DNA of 64,000 nt from Bacilli bacterium (lineage in GTDB: Bacteria; Bacillota_I; Bacilli_A; RFN20; CAG-826), in NCBI GenBank assembly GCA_045628045.1, contig JAZQOV010000006.1, forward strand, positions 150,006 through 214,005, given 5' to 3'. Shown in pieces: positions 42,754-51,968 of this stretch (positions are counted from its first letter, which is position 1; every line of letters starts with the position of its first letter). The notes below the pieces were generated by a model. The model had not been told where the DNA came from and searched no databases. It saw only the letters and a program-made list of their open reading frames with translations. The position numbers and the translations under genes are program-made.

Positions 42754-43737
42754 ATGGATCATATCTTAAGTGGAATTAAACCGACAGGCCAATTAACACT
42801 TGGTAACTACATCGGAGCTATTAAAAACTTCGCAAAAGTACAAAATGAAGGCGAAGCATTTTTGTTTATTGCAGATTTACATGCCTTAACTCTTCCAATT
42901 GAAGCTGAAGTATTAAGAAATAACTCAAGAGATATTGCTGCTTATTATTTAGCAGCAGGTCTTGATCCAGAAAAAGCAAACATCTTCCTCCAAAGTGATG
43001 TCCCTTCACATAGTGAACTTGCAATCATTCTTCAAAATTATCTCTACATGGGTGAACTTTCAAGAATGACTCAATTTAAAGATAAATCATCAAAAATGAA
43101 AGAAGAAGCCATTGGCTTAGGTCTTTTTGCTTATCCTGTCTTAATGGCAGCAGATATTGTTTTGTATGATTCAAAACGTATTCCTGTTGGAGAAGACCAA
43201 GTTCAACACGTTGAACTCGCTCGTGATTTAGTGAAACGCTTTAACAACCGTTATGGTGATGTTCTTGTTATGCCAAAGGCAGAAGTTGCAAAAGTTGGCA
43301 AAAGAATCATGTCACTTTCTGATCCAACAAAGAAAATGTCAAAATCTGACCCAAAAGGTGACATTTATCTAAAAGATGACCTTGCAACAATCAGAAAGAA
43401 AATTATGTCCGCTGTTACCGATATGGAAGCACACGTACATTATGATTCAGAAAAACAACCTGGTATTTCAAACCTTATGACGATTTTATCGTCACTTACC
43501 AATAAATCTTTTGAAGAAATTGAAAAAGAATTCGAAGGAAAAGGTTATGGTGATTTCAAGCGTGCAGTCGCAGATGCTGTCTGTGCTGAACTTGAACCAT
43601 TCAAAGCTAAATATGATAAAATCATTTCTTCTGGTTTAGTGGATAAAGTTTTAGAGAAAGGCGCAAAACGCGCAAACGAAATTGCAAAAGTAACACTTGC
43701 AAGAGTTCAAAAAGCTGTTGGCTTATATCACAAATAA
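42754..43737 (+). CDS. trpS: Tryptophan--tRNA ligase
   Basis: SGIKPTG.LTLGNY, YPVLMAAD, GEDQ.QH, KMSKS. Confidence 0.97.
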   Translation: MDHILSGIKPTGQLTLGNYIGAIKNFAKVQNEGEAFLFIADLHALTLPIEAEVLRNNSRDIAAYYLAAGLDPEKANIFLQSDVPSHSELAIILQNYLYMGELSRMTQFKDKSSKMKEEAIGLGLFAYPVLMAADIVLYDSKRIPVGEDQVQHVELARDLVKRFNNRYGDVLVMPKAEVAKVGKRIMSLSDPTKKMSKSDPKGDIYLKDDLATIRKKIMSAVTDMEAHVHYDSEKQPGISNLMTILSSLTNKSFEEIEKEFEGKGYGDFKRAVADAVCAELEPFKAKYDKIISSGLVDKVLEKGAKRANEIAKVTLARVQKAVGLYHK

Positions 43738-44555
43738 TGAGAAAAGTCGTTGAACCTTACTTATTAGCGTTTGATATGGATGGAACTCTTCTTGATGATA
43801 AGAAGAAGATTTGTCCTAAAACTTTAAGATATCTTAGAAAGCTTATTAAACAAGGACACAAAGTTGTTATCTCTAGTGGTAGACCAATTAGATCTATCAT
43901 GTCTTATTATAATAAGCTAGGTTTAGACACTCCTGTTGTTTGCTATAACGGAGAGCTCGTATGTTCTCCAAAAGATCCAAATTTTAAAGAAGAAAGATAT
44001 GAAATTCCAAGAGAAGTTATTCTTGAAATTTTAAGCAAAATAAAAGATAACGCTTTAAATGTTATGTGCGAAACTGATGATGAAGTCTTTATAGATAAAG
44101 AAGATGAATATCTTGATAGATTTTTCTGGTACGAAGGAATGAAAATAAAAAAAGGAAAAATAGAAGATGTTCTTTCAAAAGACACAATGACATTCCTTGT
44201 AAAAGCACCAAAAGAATATAAGACTCTAGGTCAAATAGAAAAGGTTGTTGAAAAATGGCCTGAATTAGTGCCTATTTTCTGGATTGGAAGTCCATATTTT
44301 GAAATCCATCATAAAGCAACCTCAAAAGGCACTGGAGTTAAACATGTTGCAGAATACTTTAACATCCCAAGAGAAAGAGTTATTGCCTTCGGTGATGCTA
44401 CTAATGATATTGAGATGTTTGAATACGCTAAAACATCAGTGTTAATGTCTAATGCTAAATTTGATCTAAAAGATAAAGTCACTATGGTATCTTTAAAAGA
44501 TAATAATCACAATGGCATTTACCATACGCTTAAGAAAATTTTAAAAAATTATTAG
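43737..44555 (+). CDS. Cof-type HAD-IIB hydrolase
   Basis: DMDGTLL, SGR, NG, SKG, FGDATNDIEM. Confidence 0.93.
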   Translation: MRKVVEPYLLAFDMDGTLLDDKKKICPKTLRYLRKLIKQGHKVVISSGRPIRSIMSYYNKLGLDTPVVCYNGELVCSPKDPNFKEERYEIPREVILEILSKIKDNALNVMCETDDEVFIDKEDEYLDRFFWYEGMKIKKGKIEDVLSKDTMTFLVKAPKEYKTLGQIEKVVEKWPELVPIFWIGSPYFEIHHKATSKGTGVKHVAEYFNIPRERVIAFGDATNDIEMFEYAKTSVLMSNAKFDLKDKVTMVSLKDNNHNGIYHTLKKILKNY

Positions 44556-44598
44556 CAACTAATTGCAATTACGTAATTGTATCATATGATACAAACAC

Positions 44599-45555
44599 CT
44601 ACTTTAATATTTGAAGTAATTTATCCTCTTCTTTAGGAAGAGAGCATTCAAATGATTTGCCACTTAAATAACTTAGGTGGCCTTTTAAATTTTTAAATGT
44701 AAGTTTATACGCAGTTAAAAATTGGTTTTCAAAACCATATAATTCTTTAACTTGTTTATTAACTTTAAAATCTCCGTATTTAGAGTCTCCCACAACCGGA
44801 TGAGAGATAGAGGCTAAATGAACTCTTATTTGATGAGTTCTTCCAGTTAATATCTCAACATTAACAAGTGTGTAATTTCCATATCTTTTAATTGGTTTAA
44901 CAATACTTTTCGCAGTTTTGCCAAGTTTTGATATTCTCACAAGGCCTGTAGAGACGTCTTTTAAAAGTGGGGCGTCTATTTCCCTTTGGGATTCTAAATT
45001 ACCCACTACAAGGGCCTTATATTCCTTTTTAATGTCATTTTTCTCTTTAAAGAGAGTCTCAAGTTCTTGCAAAGAAACAAGATTTTTCGCAAATACGACT
45101 AAACCAGAGGTATTTCTGTCTAATCTATGTGCAGGGGCAGGAGTAAATGCTTTTGTTTCTTTTGGATCATATTCACCTTTGAAATAAAGATAATTAATAA
45201 CTTCATTTGCAAGGGTAAGTTTCTTTTCACTTTCATCACCATGTACTAGTAAGCCTCTAGGTTTATTAATTATGATTATGTTTTCATCTTCATAAATAAT
45301 TTCATGGTTAAGGTTAACTTTTTCAATTTCTTTTTCTTTGGAGAATTCCTCTATTTGAGAATCTGTTACATAAATAGAAAGTTCTTCACCTTCATTTAAT
45401 ATGTAAGATTCCTTAACCCAATGCCCATTTATCTTTACATCTTTCTTTCTAAAAAGTTTATAGATGAAAGATAATGGAGCAAGGTTAAGATATTTCTTAA
45501 CATATTTATCCACTCTTTGATTTGCTTCTTTAGAAGAGACAATAATCTTTTTCAT
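44599..45555 (-). CDS. RluA/RluC-family 23S rRNA pseudouridine synthase with S4 domain
   Basis: QRVDKY, NKPRGL, HRLDRNTSGL, TGRTHQIRVH. Confidence 0.94.
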   Translation of the reverse strand: MKKIIVSSKEANQRVDKYVKKYLNLAPLSFIYKLFRKKDVKINGHWVKESYILNEGEELSIYVTDSQIEEFSKEKEIEKVNLNHEIIYEDENIIIINKPRGLLVHGDESEKKLTLANEVINYLYFKGEYDPKETKAFTPAPAHRLDRNTSGLVVFAKNLVSLQELETLFKEKNDIKKEYKALVVGNLESQREIDAPLLKDVSTGLVRISKLGKTAKSIVKPIKRYGNYTLVNVEILTGRTHQIRVHLASISHPVVGDSKYGDFKVNKQVKELYGFENQFLTAYKLTFKNLKGHLSYLSGKSFECSLPKEEDKLLQILK

Positions 45556-45607
45556 GTAATTTCCATTATACTTTTAAGTTGCTTTAATGTATAATACTTT
45601 CGCTAAT

Positions 45608-45698
45608 GGAGGATTACCCAAGTGGCTGAAGGGGCGGGCTTGGAAAGCTCGTAGGTATCGAAAGGTGCGCTAGGGTTCAAATCCCTAATCCTCCGCCA
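45608..45698 (+). tRNA. tRNA-Ser(GGA)
   Basis: GGAGGAT/ATCCTCC acceptor, CGGGC-TTGGAAA-GCTCG, long variable arm, GCCA end. Confidence 0.95.
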
Positions 45699-45710
45699 TC
45701 ATTGATTGTC

Positions 45711-45750
45711 AAGACACGTACAAATTGTATGTGTCTTTTCTTTTTTCTTT
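45711..45750 (+). terminator. Terminator after tRNA-Ser(GGA)
   Basis: aagacacgtaca-aat-tgtatgtgtctt followed by T-rich tail. Confidence 0.7.
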
Positions 45751-46125
45751 TATCATTAATATATAAAAATAAGGGAGTTGAAATTCAATCCTTTCACCCA
45801 TATCTAACTTGATCCAGTATTTTTGACCTTTTTAATGTGAACTCACACTACTTCAAAAAAACTGGACAGACACGAGGGTTGAACCCACTTAAGTGATCAA
45901 AAATAAAAGCGAAACAACTATAAAAAAGCTATCGTTATCCTGACTATATTGGTACTGCTTGCAAGTTTAACGTTCCTAATTTGATACTTTTCAATCAAAG
46001 TTAACGTATATTCAACTGTATAGAACAAAACCTCCTGATTTGAAGGATAACATAGATTATGTTTTACATTAAAATGAATATCTTTTAGGCACGCTGACAG
46101 TTGGACGAATCCGGATATTTTTTAA

Positions 46126-46410
46126 TTAAAGAATGCAAGGTGTTGTGCAATCAGTACAATCGCTATTACAGTTGCAGTCACAATCGCAGTCACAATCGCA
46201 GTTTTGTTCGCAAACACAGTCGCATGCTCCGCGGCAATCACTTGGTCTACAATCATATCCACAATCGCAGTCACAATCGCAGTCACAATCAACGTTGCAG
46301 TTACAATCCGCTTTATAGTAGCAGCAGCATCCTCTAATTGGCTCCATTTTCACGTCAATAAAATCTCCTCTTAAATTTAATTTTAAAAACAATTCCTTGA
46401 TTGGTTCCAT
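46126..46410 (-). CDS. 94-aa Cys/Asp-rich peptide, putative radical SAM substrate or metallothionein-like protein
   Basis: GAGG RBS, ATG 11 nt after the SPASM ORF stop; 24 Cys in the last 67 aa. Confidence 0.8.
   Translation of the reverse strand: MEPIKELFLKLNLRGDFIDVKMEPIRGCCCYYKADCNCNVDCDCDCDCDCGYDCRPSDCRGACDCVCEQNCDCDCDCDCNCNSDCTDCTTPCIL
46174..46291. repeat. Two blocks of a 12-bp tandem unit (cagtcacaatcg; minus strand encodes Asp-Cys-Asp-Cys)
   Basis: gcagtcacaatcgcagtcacaatcgcag at about 46174-46201 and a matching block at about 46260-46291. Confidence 0.85.
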
Positions 46411-46421
46411 AAAATCTTCCT

Positions 46422-47422
46422 CTATTCCTTTATCCATCTTAATAAGCACCCTCCACCACAACTCTTGTAATTACTACACAAAGAACATTTTTTAAAAGGT
46501 GCTTTTAATATGGTTTGATAAATCTTGTAAGTTTTATTGCTTTGAAGATATTTCTTTAATGTGTCAAAGTCGTAGTAATCAACATTGTAGCGACCATATT
46601 GATAATTGTATAATGAATTGCACAACAACAAGTCTCCGTTTTCGTCAAAAATAAGACCCTTTTTCTCTTGCAATTGACAAATTGTTCTAATGTGTGGCTT
46701 TGCTATATCTATAAACCCATTAGGAAAAAACAAAAAGGTATATTAATGTGCACGCTAAATTGCTTTATTTTTTCAAGAAGCTCACCATAGGAATTCACAA
46801 ATTCCATAATTATATTTCTTTGATTTAAACCATAATTTGAAATTGCATCATTAACAAAGAACGGATTACAAAATGAAATATAAAAATTTTTAGCGCCTAA
46901 TTCTTTAGCTTTTTTCAAAACACTTACATATCCGTTGATTGTTTTATCAGAAAGAACATATGAAACAATAAATTTTATTGATGAAGATGATAAATTTTTT
47001 ATTGCTTCAAAAACATTTTCAAAACAATCATTTTGTGTCAATGCACAATAATCTTCTTTCGTTGGTGCTTTGATCGAAATGTTTACTGATTCTAACCCAG
47101 ATTGTATCAGTTCTTTTAAATATGAATTGTTTGCTAATTTGATTCCGTTTGTTATTAACCCTGTTTTTATCCCTTTTGATTTGCAATATGAAATGATTAG
47201 CGGAAGGCTGCTATAGCAAGTAGGCTCACCACCTATAATGTTAACATGTCTTATACCAAATTGTTCGATTATATCGATAATTTTATAGGCCAAATCTTCT
47301 TTCATTTCGGAAGCATATTTTGTTCCTTGAGCATAGCACCATTCGCACCGCAAATTGCAATTTCTATTAATGGTTAGCCAAGCACATTGAGGCATGTCCG
47401 AAAACCTTATATTTTTCTTCAT
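46422..47422 (-). CDS. Radical SAM/SPASM enzyme (about 333 aa), split by a -1 frameshift at 46724-46730
   Basis: CNLRCEWC, GGEP, TNG in ORF 46709-47422 (GGGAG RBS); C..GDLLLC and CSLCSNYKSCGGGC in ORF 46422-46733; one extra T joins them. Confidence 0.85.
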
Positions 47423-47496
47423 ATTTCTCTCCCAACAATGATTAAAGCAGTCATTTTTCTTCCCTAAACACAATTATTGATACTTGCAAAAATAAT

Positions 47497-47703
47497 TCAG
47501 GTAATGTTAGAACCTATTAGCGTATATCGACAATAAAAAATAAAGCGATCTTTTCTATATTCTCTTTTGTAGGTTGCCGCATCACATTCGTATTTCGCAA
47601 TCACACTACGAGATAAAAATAATTTAGAAGCAAATTCCGCTTGAGTTAAATTATGTTTTATTCTAAGTTCCTTTAGACTTTTGCTAAATTTCACTATGCA
47701 CAA
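47497..47703 (-). pseudogene. XRE-family HTH regulator, frameshifted
   Basis: LKELR...LTQAEFA...SRSVIAKYE; the typical continuation RQPTKENIEKIALFF is in another frame; GGAGG RBS. Confidence 0.7.
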
Positions 47704-47829
47704 TCCTCCTTACGCTTAAAATATAACTTCAAATAAACAAATTTAATTGTTCTTTTTATGGAACATTTTGTTGTAACAATCTACAAATGGTTTTTGCAAT
47801 GATTCTTTTGTGGTATTTTATAACAAAAT

Positions 47830-48228
47830 TTATAAACATCCACCTAGTGTTAAAACTATTCTCGTATGTCTGTAGCCTTTATTTTTAGAACTACATTCCA
47901 TAACAATATAATAATCATCATCTCCATCAACCTTAACAACTATACCTTGTGAATAATCTGTCTTCCACAAAGGCCTATTTCCATAAAAAGAAGATACAAA
48001 TGCATTGGTTGGATTTGGCGAATTAATATCAAATCCATTTTTGTATAACCATGCATGATAATTTTTGAGGGCTGGCGGAGCACCCATTATCTGAAAAGAC
48101 ATTAGAATGGCGGATTGCATTTTTAATTCTGATTCAAAATCGATTAGCACATATTCTTGTGTTGGATCTAGCTCGTATTCATCCGAAATTTTATTTGGAT
48201 TTTTATACTCAGATAACTTAATATTCAT
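47830..48228 (-). CDS. Hypothetical protein translationally coupled to the DUF4365-like gene
   Basis: TAATG overlap at 48228; 132 aa. Confidence 0.75.
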   Translation of the reverse strand: MNIKLSEYKNPNKISDEYELDPTQEYVLIDFESELKMQSAILMSFQIMGAPPALKNYHAWLYKNGFDINSPNPTNAFVSSFYGNRPLWKTDYSQGIVVKVDGDDDYYIVMECSSKNKGYRHTRIVLTLGGCL

Positions 48229-49199
48229 TAATAATCATCCTCTTCTTTTGGCCTAGTAGAATTATATGGTTGGTCATTAGATAAGAATTCATCAACTCTT
48301 AAAAATGATTTTCCTAAATCGTTTAATGTAAGAATCAACATATATTCGGCAACTTCCCCAGCATGGTCAACGCTCCTCATTGGATTAAGACTTTTGCGAA
48401 ATTCTTCAAAAGATTCTCCTACAACAATCCAATCATCTTCTTCTTTGTCATACCAACAATTTAAATCTTTCCACAGTGTTTCATCACTATCTTGGTAAAA
48501 TTCCTCGTCGACAGAAAAAGAAGCCCAAGGAAATAAACGCGGAAAAACGTCTTCGTATGGAGTAAAAGGGAACCAATAGGGATAGGAATATTTCTTTATT
48601 TCATTCCCATCATCTATTATTAGTTCGGTTTCACCCCTGCCACTAGATTTATTTACCCATTCATACGAATGTAGTTTCACAACCCCACCATTGTTAATCA
48701 CTTCCATAAACACCTTTTGAGATAACAGGAAATTATAATTTACGATATGTTCAGGAAGATTGGTTAATGAAAGCAATTTTTCATTTGATGAAGAATCTAA
48801 AAAAATCTGGTTAAGTGGGATTTTAACAAAATAGCCTTTCCCATTACCATTTTTTGTTTTTTCTATTGTTTTATTTGATAACTCCTGCCATATACAAACT
48901 TTATCATTAGGATTATACAGAACTATAATGCAAGGTAAGGAGTTCATTGTCCAATATGAATATTGCCTCTCGTCGATATCGCGAAAAACAACATAATCTT
49001 TTGTTTTCTCATTAAACCAACTACTGCCAGATTTTATTTGTAAGGCAATTAGTTGTTTTGGTTTATTAGATGAATCAATAAACTCAATATGAGCGTCAAT
49101 ACCGATATCATTTGTTAGCTGTTCGCGAAATAACCATCCACTACTTTCTGCTATTTCGCCTATATGATGAATTCCCTTTCTTTCGGTTGAATTTGCCAT
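48228..49199 (-). CDS. DUF4365-like (PD-(D/E)XK-related) domain protein with an unknown C-terminal domain
   Basis: GWLFREQ..DIGIDAHIE...ALQIKSG, YW...SLP.IIVLYNP. Confidence 0.8.
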   Translation of the reverse strand: MANSTERKGIHHIGEIAESSGWLFREQLTNDIGIDAHIEFIDSSNKPKQLIALQIKSGSSWFNEKTKDYVVFRDIDERQYSYWTMNSLPCIIVLYNPNDKVCIWQELSNKTIEKTKNGNGKGYFVKIPLNQIFLDSSSNEKLLSLTNLPEHIVNYNFLLSQKVFMEVINNGGVVKLHSYEWVNKSSGRGETELIIDDGNEIKKYSYPYWFPFTPYEDVFPRLFPWASFSVDEEFYQDSDETLWKDLNCWYDKEEDDWIVVGESFEEFRKSLNPMRSVDHAGEVAEYMLILTLNDLGKSFLRVDEFLSNDQPYNSTRPKEEDDY

Positions 49200-49223
49200 A
49201 ATATTTCCTATTTGAATAACGAA

Positions 49224-49850
49224 CTAATAGTTTCCTTTATGATTAATTCCTTTATAAGTTACACACTTAGCAATTGGTTCATTGATCTTATCATATGCTC
49301 TATCAATATATTTTTCAGGGTCATTCATAAATTCACTATATCGACACAAAACACAAAACCGTCCATCTTCACAATAATGTCCACATTGATCTGCTTTTAA
49401 ATAATAATTCTTGGAGAACTCTCTAATCACAGTTGAATCATTTATATTAATGACATTTATAAGTTGTTGACAATGTTCACACTTATACGAACCACCATAA
49501 ATTTTCTGCTCCATTTCTGGCAAAACTACGCCAAGAATGCCATCGCGAGGATTACCATCTCTATCAGAAAGAGCCGATCTTAATTCCCTTATAATAAAAC
49601 TTTGATGATTTCTTCCGTATATATCAACGCCCTCATTTTCTGAAGAATGTAACCCAATCAAAAAAATAGTAACTGTTGTTGAACCTTGCCATTTATCACG
49701 GATTTGTTGCATTACATAATCAATATTGTTTGATTGAATTGTTTCATCTAAGTGATTAACTTGTATTTCTTTTTCTTCAAGCCTTTTAACAATCGCATCT
49801 TTATATCGACAGTCTTCTTTTTTAAAACTAATAAATACCCTATGATTCAT
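49224..49850 (-). CDS. thsB: TIR-domain protein (Thoeris ThsB-like / MTH538 family)
   Basis: HRVFISF, IRDK..GSTTVTIFLIG, IIREL (catalytic Glu), GILGV; AAGGAG RBS. Confidence 0.82.
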   Translation of the reverse strand: MNHRVFISFKKEDCRYKDAIVKRLEEKEIQVNHLDETIQSNNIDYVMQQIRDKWQGSTTVTIFLIGLHSSENEGVDIYGRNHQSFIIRELRSALSDRDGNPRDGILGVVLPEMEQKIYGGSYKCEHCQQLINVININDSTVIREFSKNYYLKADQCGHYCEDGRFCVLCRYSEFMNDPEKYIDRAYDKINEPIAKCVTYKGINHKGNY

Positions 49851-49861
49851 ATAACTTCTCC

Positions 49862-49900
49862 TTAATCATAAATAGAAACTTTATCTCTAGGCCCTTCATA
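49862..49900 (-). pseudogene. Remnant of a thsA 3' end
   Basis: Encodes YEGPRDKVSIYD*, versus FEESRDKVSIYD* at the end of 52483-53337. Confidence 0.8.
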
Positions 49901-50017
49901 TAATGCATTGGTTCCGTAAAACAAGATATTGTTAAAATAATAGTTTGTCCATATTTTTTAAATTCTAATTATATTTACAATTTTTGTAAATTTAAAGAAA
50001 CAAAAACTAGGCAAACG

Positions 50018-51490
50018 CTAATTATACTTAACCTCGAAATTATCAAGGCAGATCCTCCCTTTATTTCTGTTCCCTGAAGGCGAATTGTGTTCAGCTATGA
50101 ACCTAATTCTTGATGTATTTTTCGGCAATAAAACGATAAAATCATCAGGATAATCTTTTAGACGCGAGAGACTGTTCAAATCAATCTCTACATGATTAAT
50201 CCATCCGCTATCCCAATATTGTATTTTAAAGCTTTCTCCAAAAATACCTTCCTGTCCGCTCCATAACGAAGCTGAGAACGATAAATAAGGAACATGGTGT
50301 TGGAAGGTTATATCGAGATATGCAGTTCCAGCATTTGCTCTATTTGGTGATAAAACCAAATATTGGTTCTCAATGTAACTCGTTCTTAATCGTTGAGTTT
50401 GAAGAAGCATTCCGTTCGGGAGATAAAAGGATTTATTAATATTGTAGAAAAAGTATTGTCCACCACCATCATTGTTGACAAAGCAATCGAAATCATTAGC
50501 TTCAAATGAATAAGAATGTGAATAATTTAGATTATATGTAATTATTCCTATTTGGCCACAATTAAGAATATCTGCATCGCAATAATAAAAGCAATAGTCC
50601 CAGCCCCAGTTTAAACGGGCTTTTATAAATTTCTTAGTTATTGTCTCATTATTGTTACCATATCCAACCCAAGTTTCGTAACCGTATATATTTGTATAGT
50701 GTTGTGAGAAATTCCCATCTCCACATGCTAATCCAGTGAAAAGAGTAACTGGCAATCCAGAATCAATGTTTGCAACAACTGCATTCCAATAATTATTTCC
50801 TTGTCCACCAAATAAAGTCCATTGTTCATTTGCAGAAATAACATTAGATAAACCATGCAAATTAATAACCGAATTAAAACAACTTTTATAATCCCAAGGC
50901 CAAACTAGCGTGTTGTCTACGCCTCCAAAAATAGAGAAATGTGTTCTTGTCAAAACTTCTGTTGCTAAAATAACTCTTTTGTCAGAATCCGTTGGGTCAC
51001 TAATGATTTCGTTATAACCTAAATATCTAGCAAAATAATCTAGCACGCCCATTGCGGCTATAGGTCCACATCCACCATATGATGTATAGTTACTAACGTT
51101 TGCTACTTGAATTGCTCTTTGAATATCGCTTTCAGGAAAATCAGATGATTGCATTTCAATTGGTATATTATTTGAAACATTGCTAGTTAAACCACAGCTG
51201 CTATTATCTTTTATCCAATAATATTCGCTATATGAATTGTTTAAATATTCAGAAACGTTTGTTATAGAATCACTTACCGAACCAGAACCACCGTTGTTTT
51301 TGCCCTTGCTATTATTTTTGTTTTCTTTGGTGCCCAAATATAAATAATACTCTTCCCAACCATTAATAGAATTTGATTCAGCCATTTGAATTTCAGAATC
51401 AGAAGTTTTGCTCAACAATTTTGAAAAAGAAGATTGTTGATTTGACAAGAGTAATGGAAGCAAATTCGCTAAAATTAAAAGATTAGACAT
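50018..51490 (-). CDS. Secreted papain-like cysteine peptidase (C10/C39-like) with a C-terminal beta-sandwich
   Basis: Signal-like N-terminus; GGCGPIA (Cys), SQHYTNIYGY (His), RLNWGW (Asn) as in streptopain-type enzymes. Confidence 0.75.
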   Translation of the reverse strand: MSNLLILANLLPLLLSNQQSSFSKLLSKTSDSEIQMAESNSINGWEEYYLYLGTKENKNNSKGKNNGGSGSVSDSITNVSEYLNNSYSEYYWIKDNSSCGLTSNVSNNIPIEMQSSDFPESDIQRAIQVANVSNYTSYGGCGPIAAMGVLDYFARYLGYNEIISDPTDSDKRVILATEVLTRTHFSIFGGVDNTLVWPWDYKSCFNSVINLHGLSNVISANEQWTLFGGQGNNYWNAVVANIDSGLPVTLFTGLACGDGNFSQHYTNIYGYETWVGYGNNNETITKKFIKARLNWGWDYCFYYCDADILNCGQIGIITYNLNYSHSYSFEANDFDCFVNNDGGGQYFFYNINKSFYLPNGMLLQTQRLRTSYIENQYLVLSPNRANAGTAYLDITFQHHVPYLSFSASLWSGQEGIFGESFKIQYWDSGWINHVEIDLNSLSRLKDYPDDFIVLLPKNTSRIRFIAEHNSPSGNRNKGRICLDNFEVKYN

Positions 51491-51968
51491 ATGTAATGTT
51501 CTCCTCGCTAATAAAAAGTGTAAAGTAGAAATGTTGTTGTTTTAATTCATAATTGCTTTCTATCACATAACATGCACTATCAGAAGCATTTTTACCACCG
51601 GTAAATAATGGCTTAATATATATAAAATTTTCATCGACATATGTTACAGGTGCGCCTTTTGATCCCTTATGAGCGTCAACTAAATTAAAAAAATCTATAG
51701 CTTTTTTAGACCCACCTTCATCATAAACATAGAACGACAAAAGAAAATAATTTTTCCCAACTAAATCTTCCACAGCATTTCTACCATTGCATAAGATATA
51801 TTCATCTTTATCAATTTTGGAAACAACCAAGTGGCAGCTTTCAGATGAGTTATATGAATTGAATCCGCTATATATGCCCTCAACAAAAAAATTTTTACGA
51901 TGATCAACGCAGCTAGTCAAAGCATTTAAAAAAGTAAACAAGATTGCAATTGAAATATTTTTTTTCAT
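51483..51968 (-). CDS. Lipoprotein of unknown function coupled to the peptidase
   Basis: LTSC lipobox; 8-bp overlap with the peptidase gene. Confidence 0.75.
   Translation of the reverse strand: MKKNISIAILFTFLNALTSCVDHRKNFFVEGIYSGFNSYNSSESCHLVVSKIDKDEYILCNGRNAVEDLVGKNYFLLSFYVYDEGGSKKAIDFFNLVDAHKGSKGAPVTYVDENFIYIKPLFTGGKNASDSACYVIESNYELKQQHFYFTLFISEENITYV

Noticed and set aside
45862-45890. tRNA-3'-like fragment on the minus strand (GTGGGTTCAACCCTCGTGTCTGTCCA)
   Set aside because: The T-stem pairs poorly, the acceptor length is wrong, and it does not match the adjacent tRNA-Ser.
46101-46337. Plus-strand ORFs with SQSQSQ / HNRSHNRS repeats
   Set aside because: Antisense shadows of the (Asp-Cys)n repeats; the minus-strand ORF has the RBS and the operon context.
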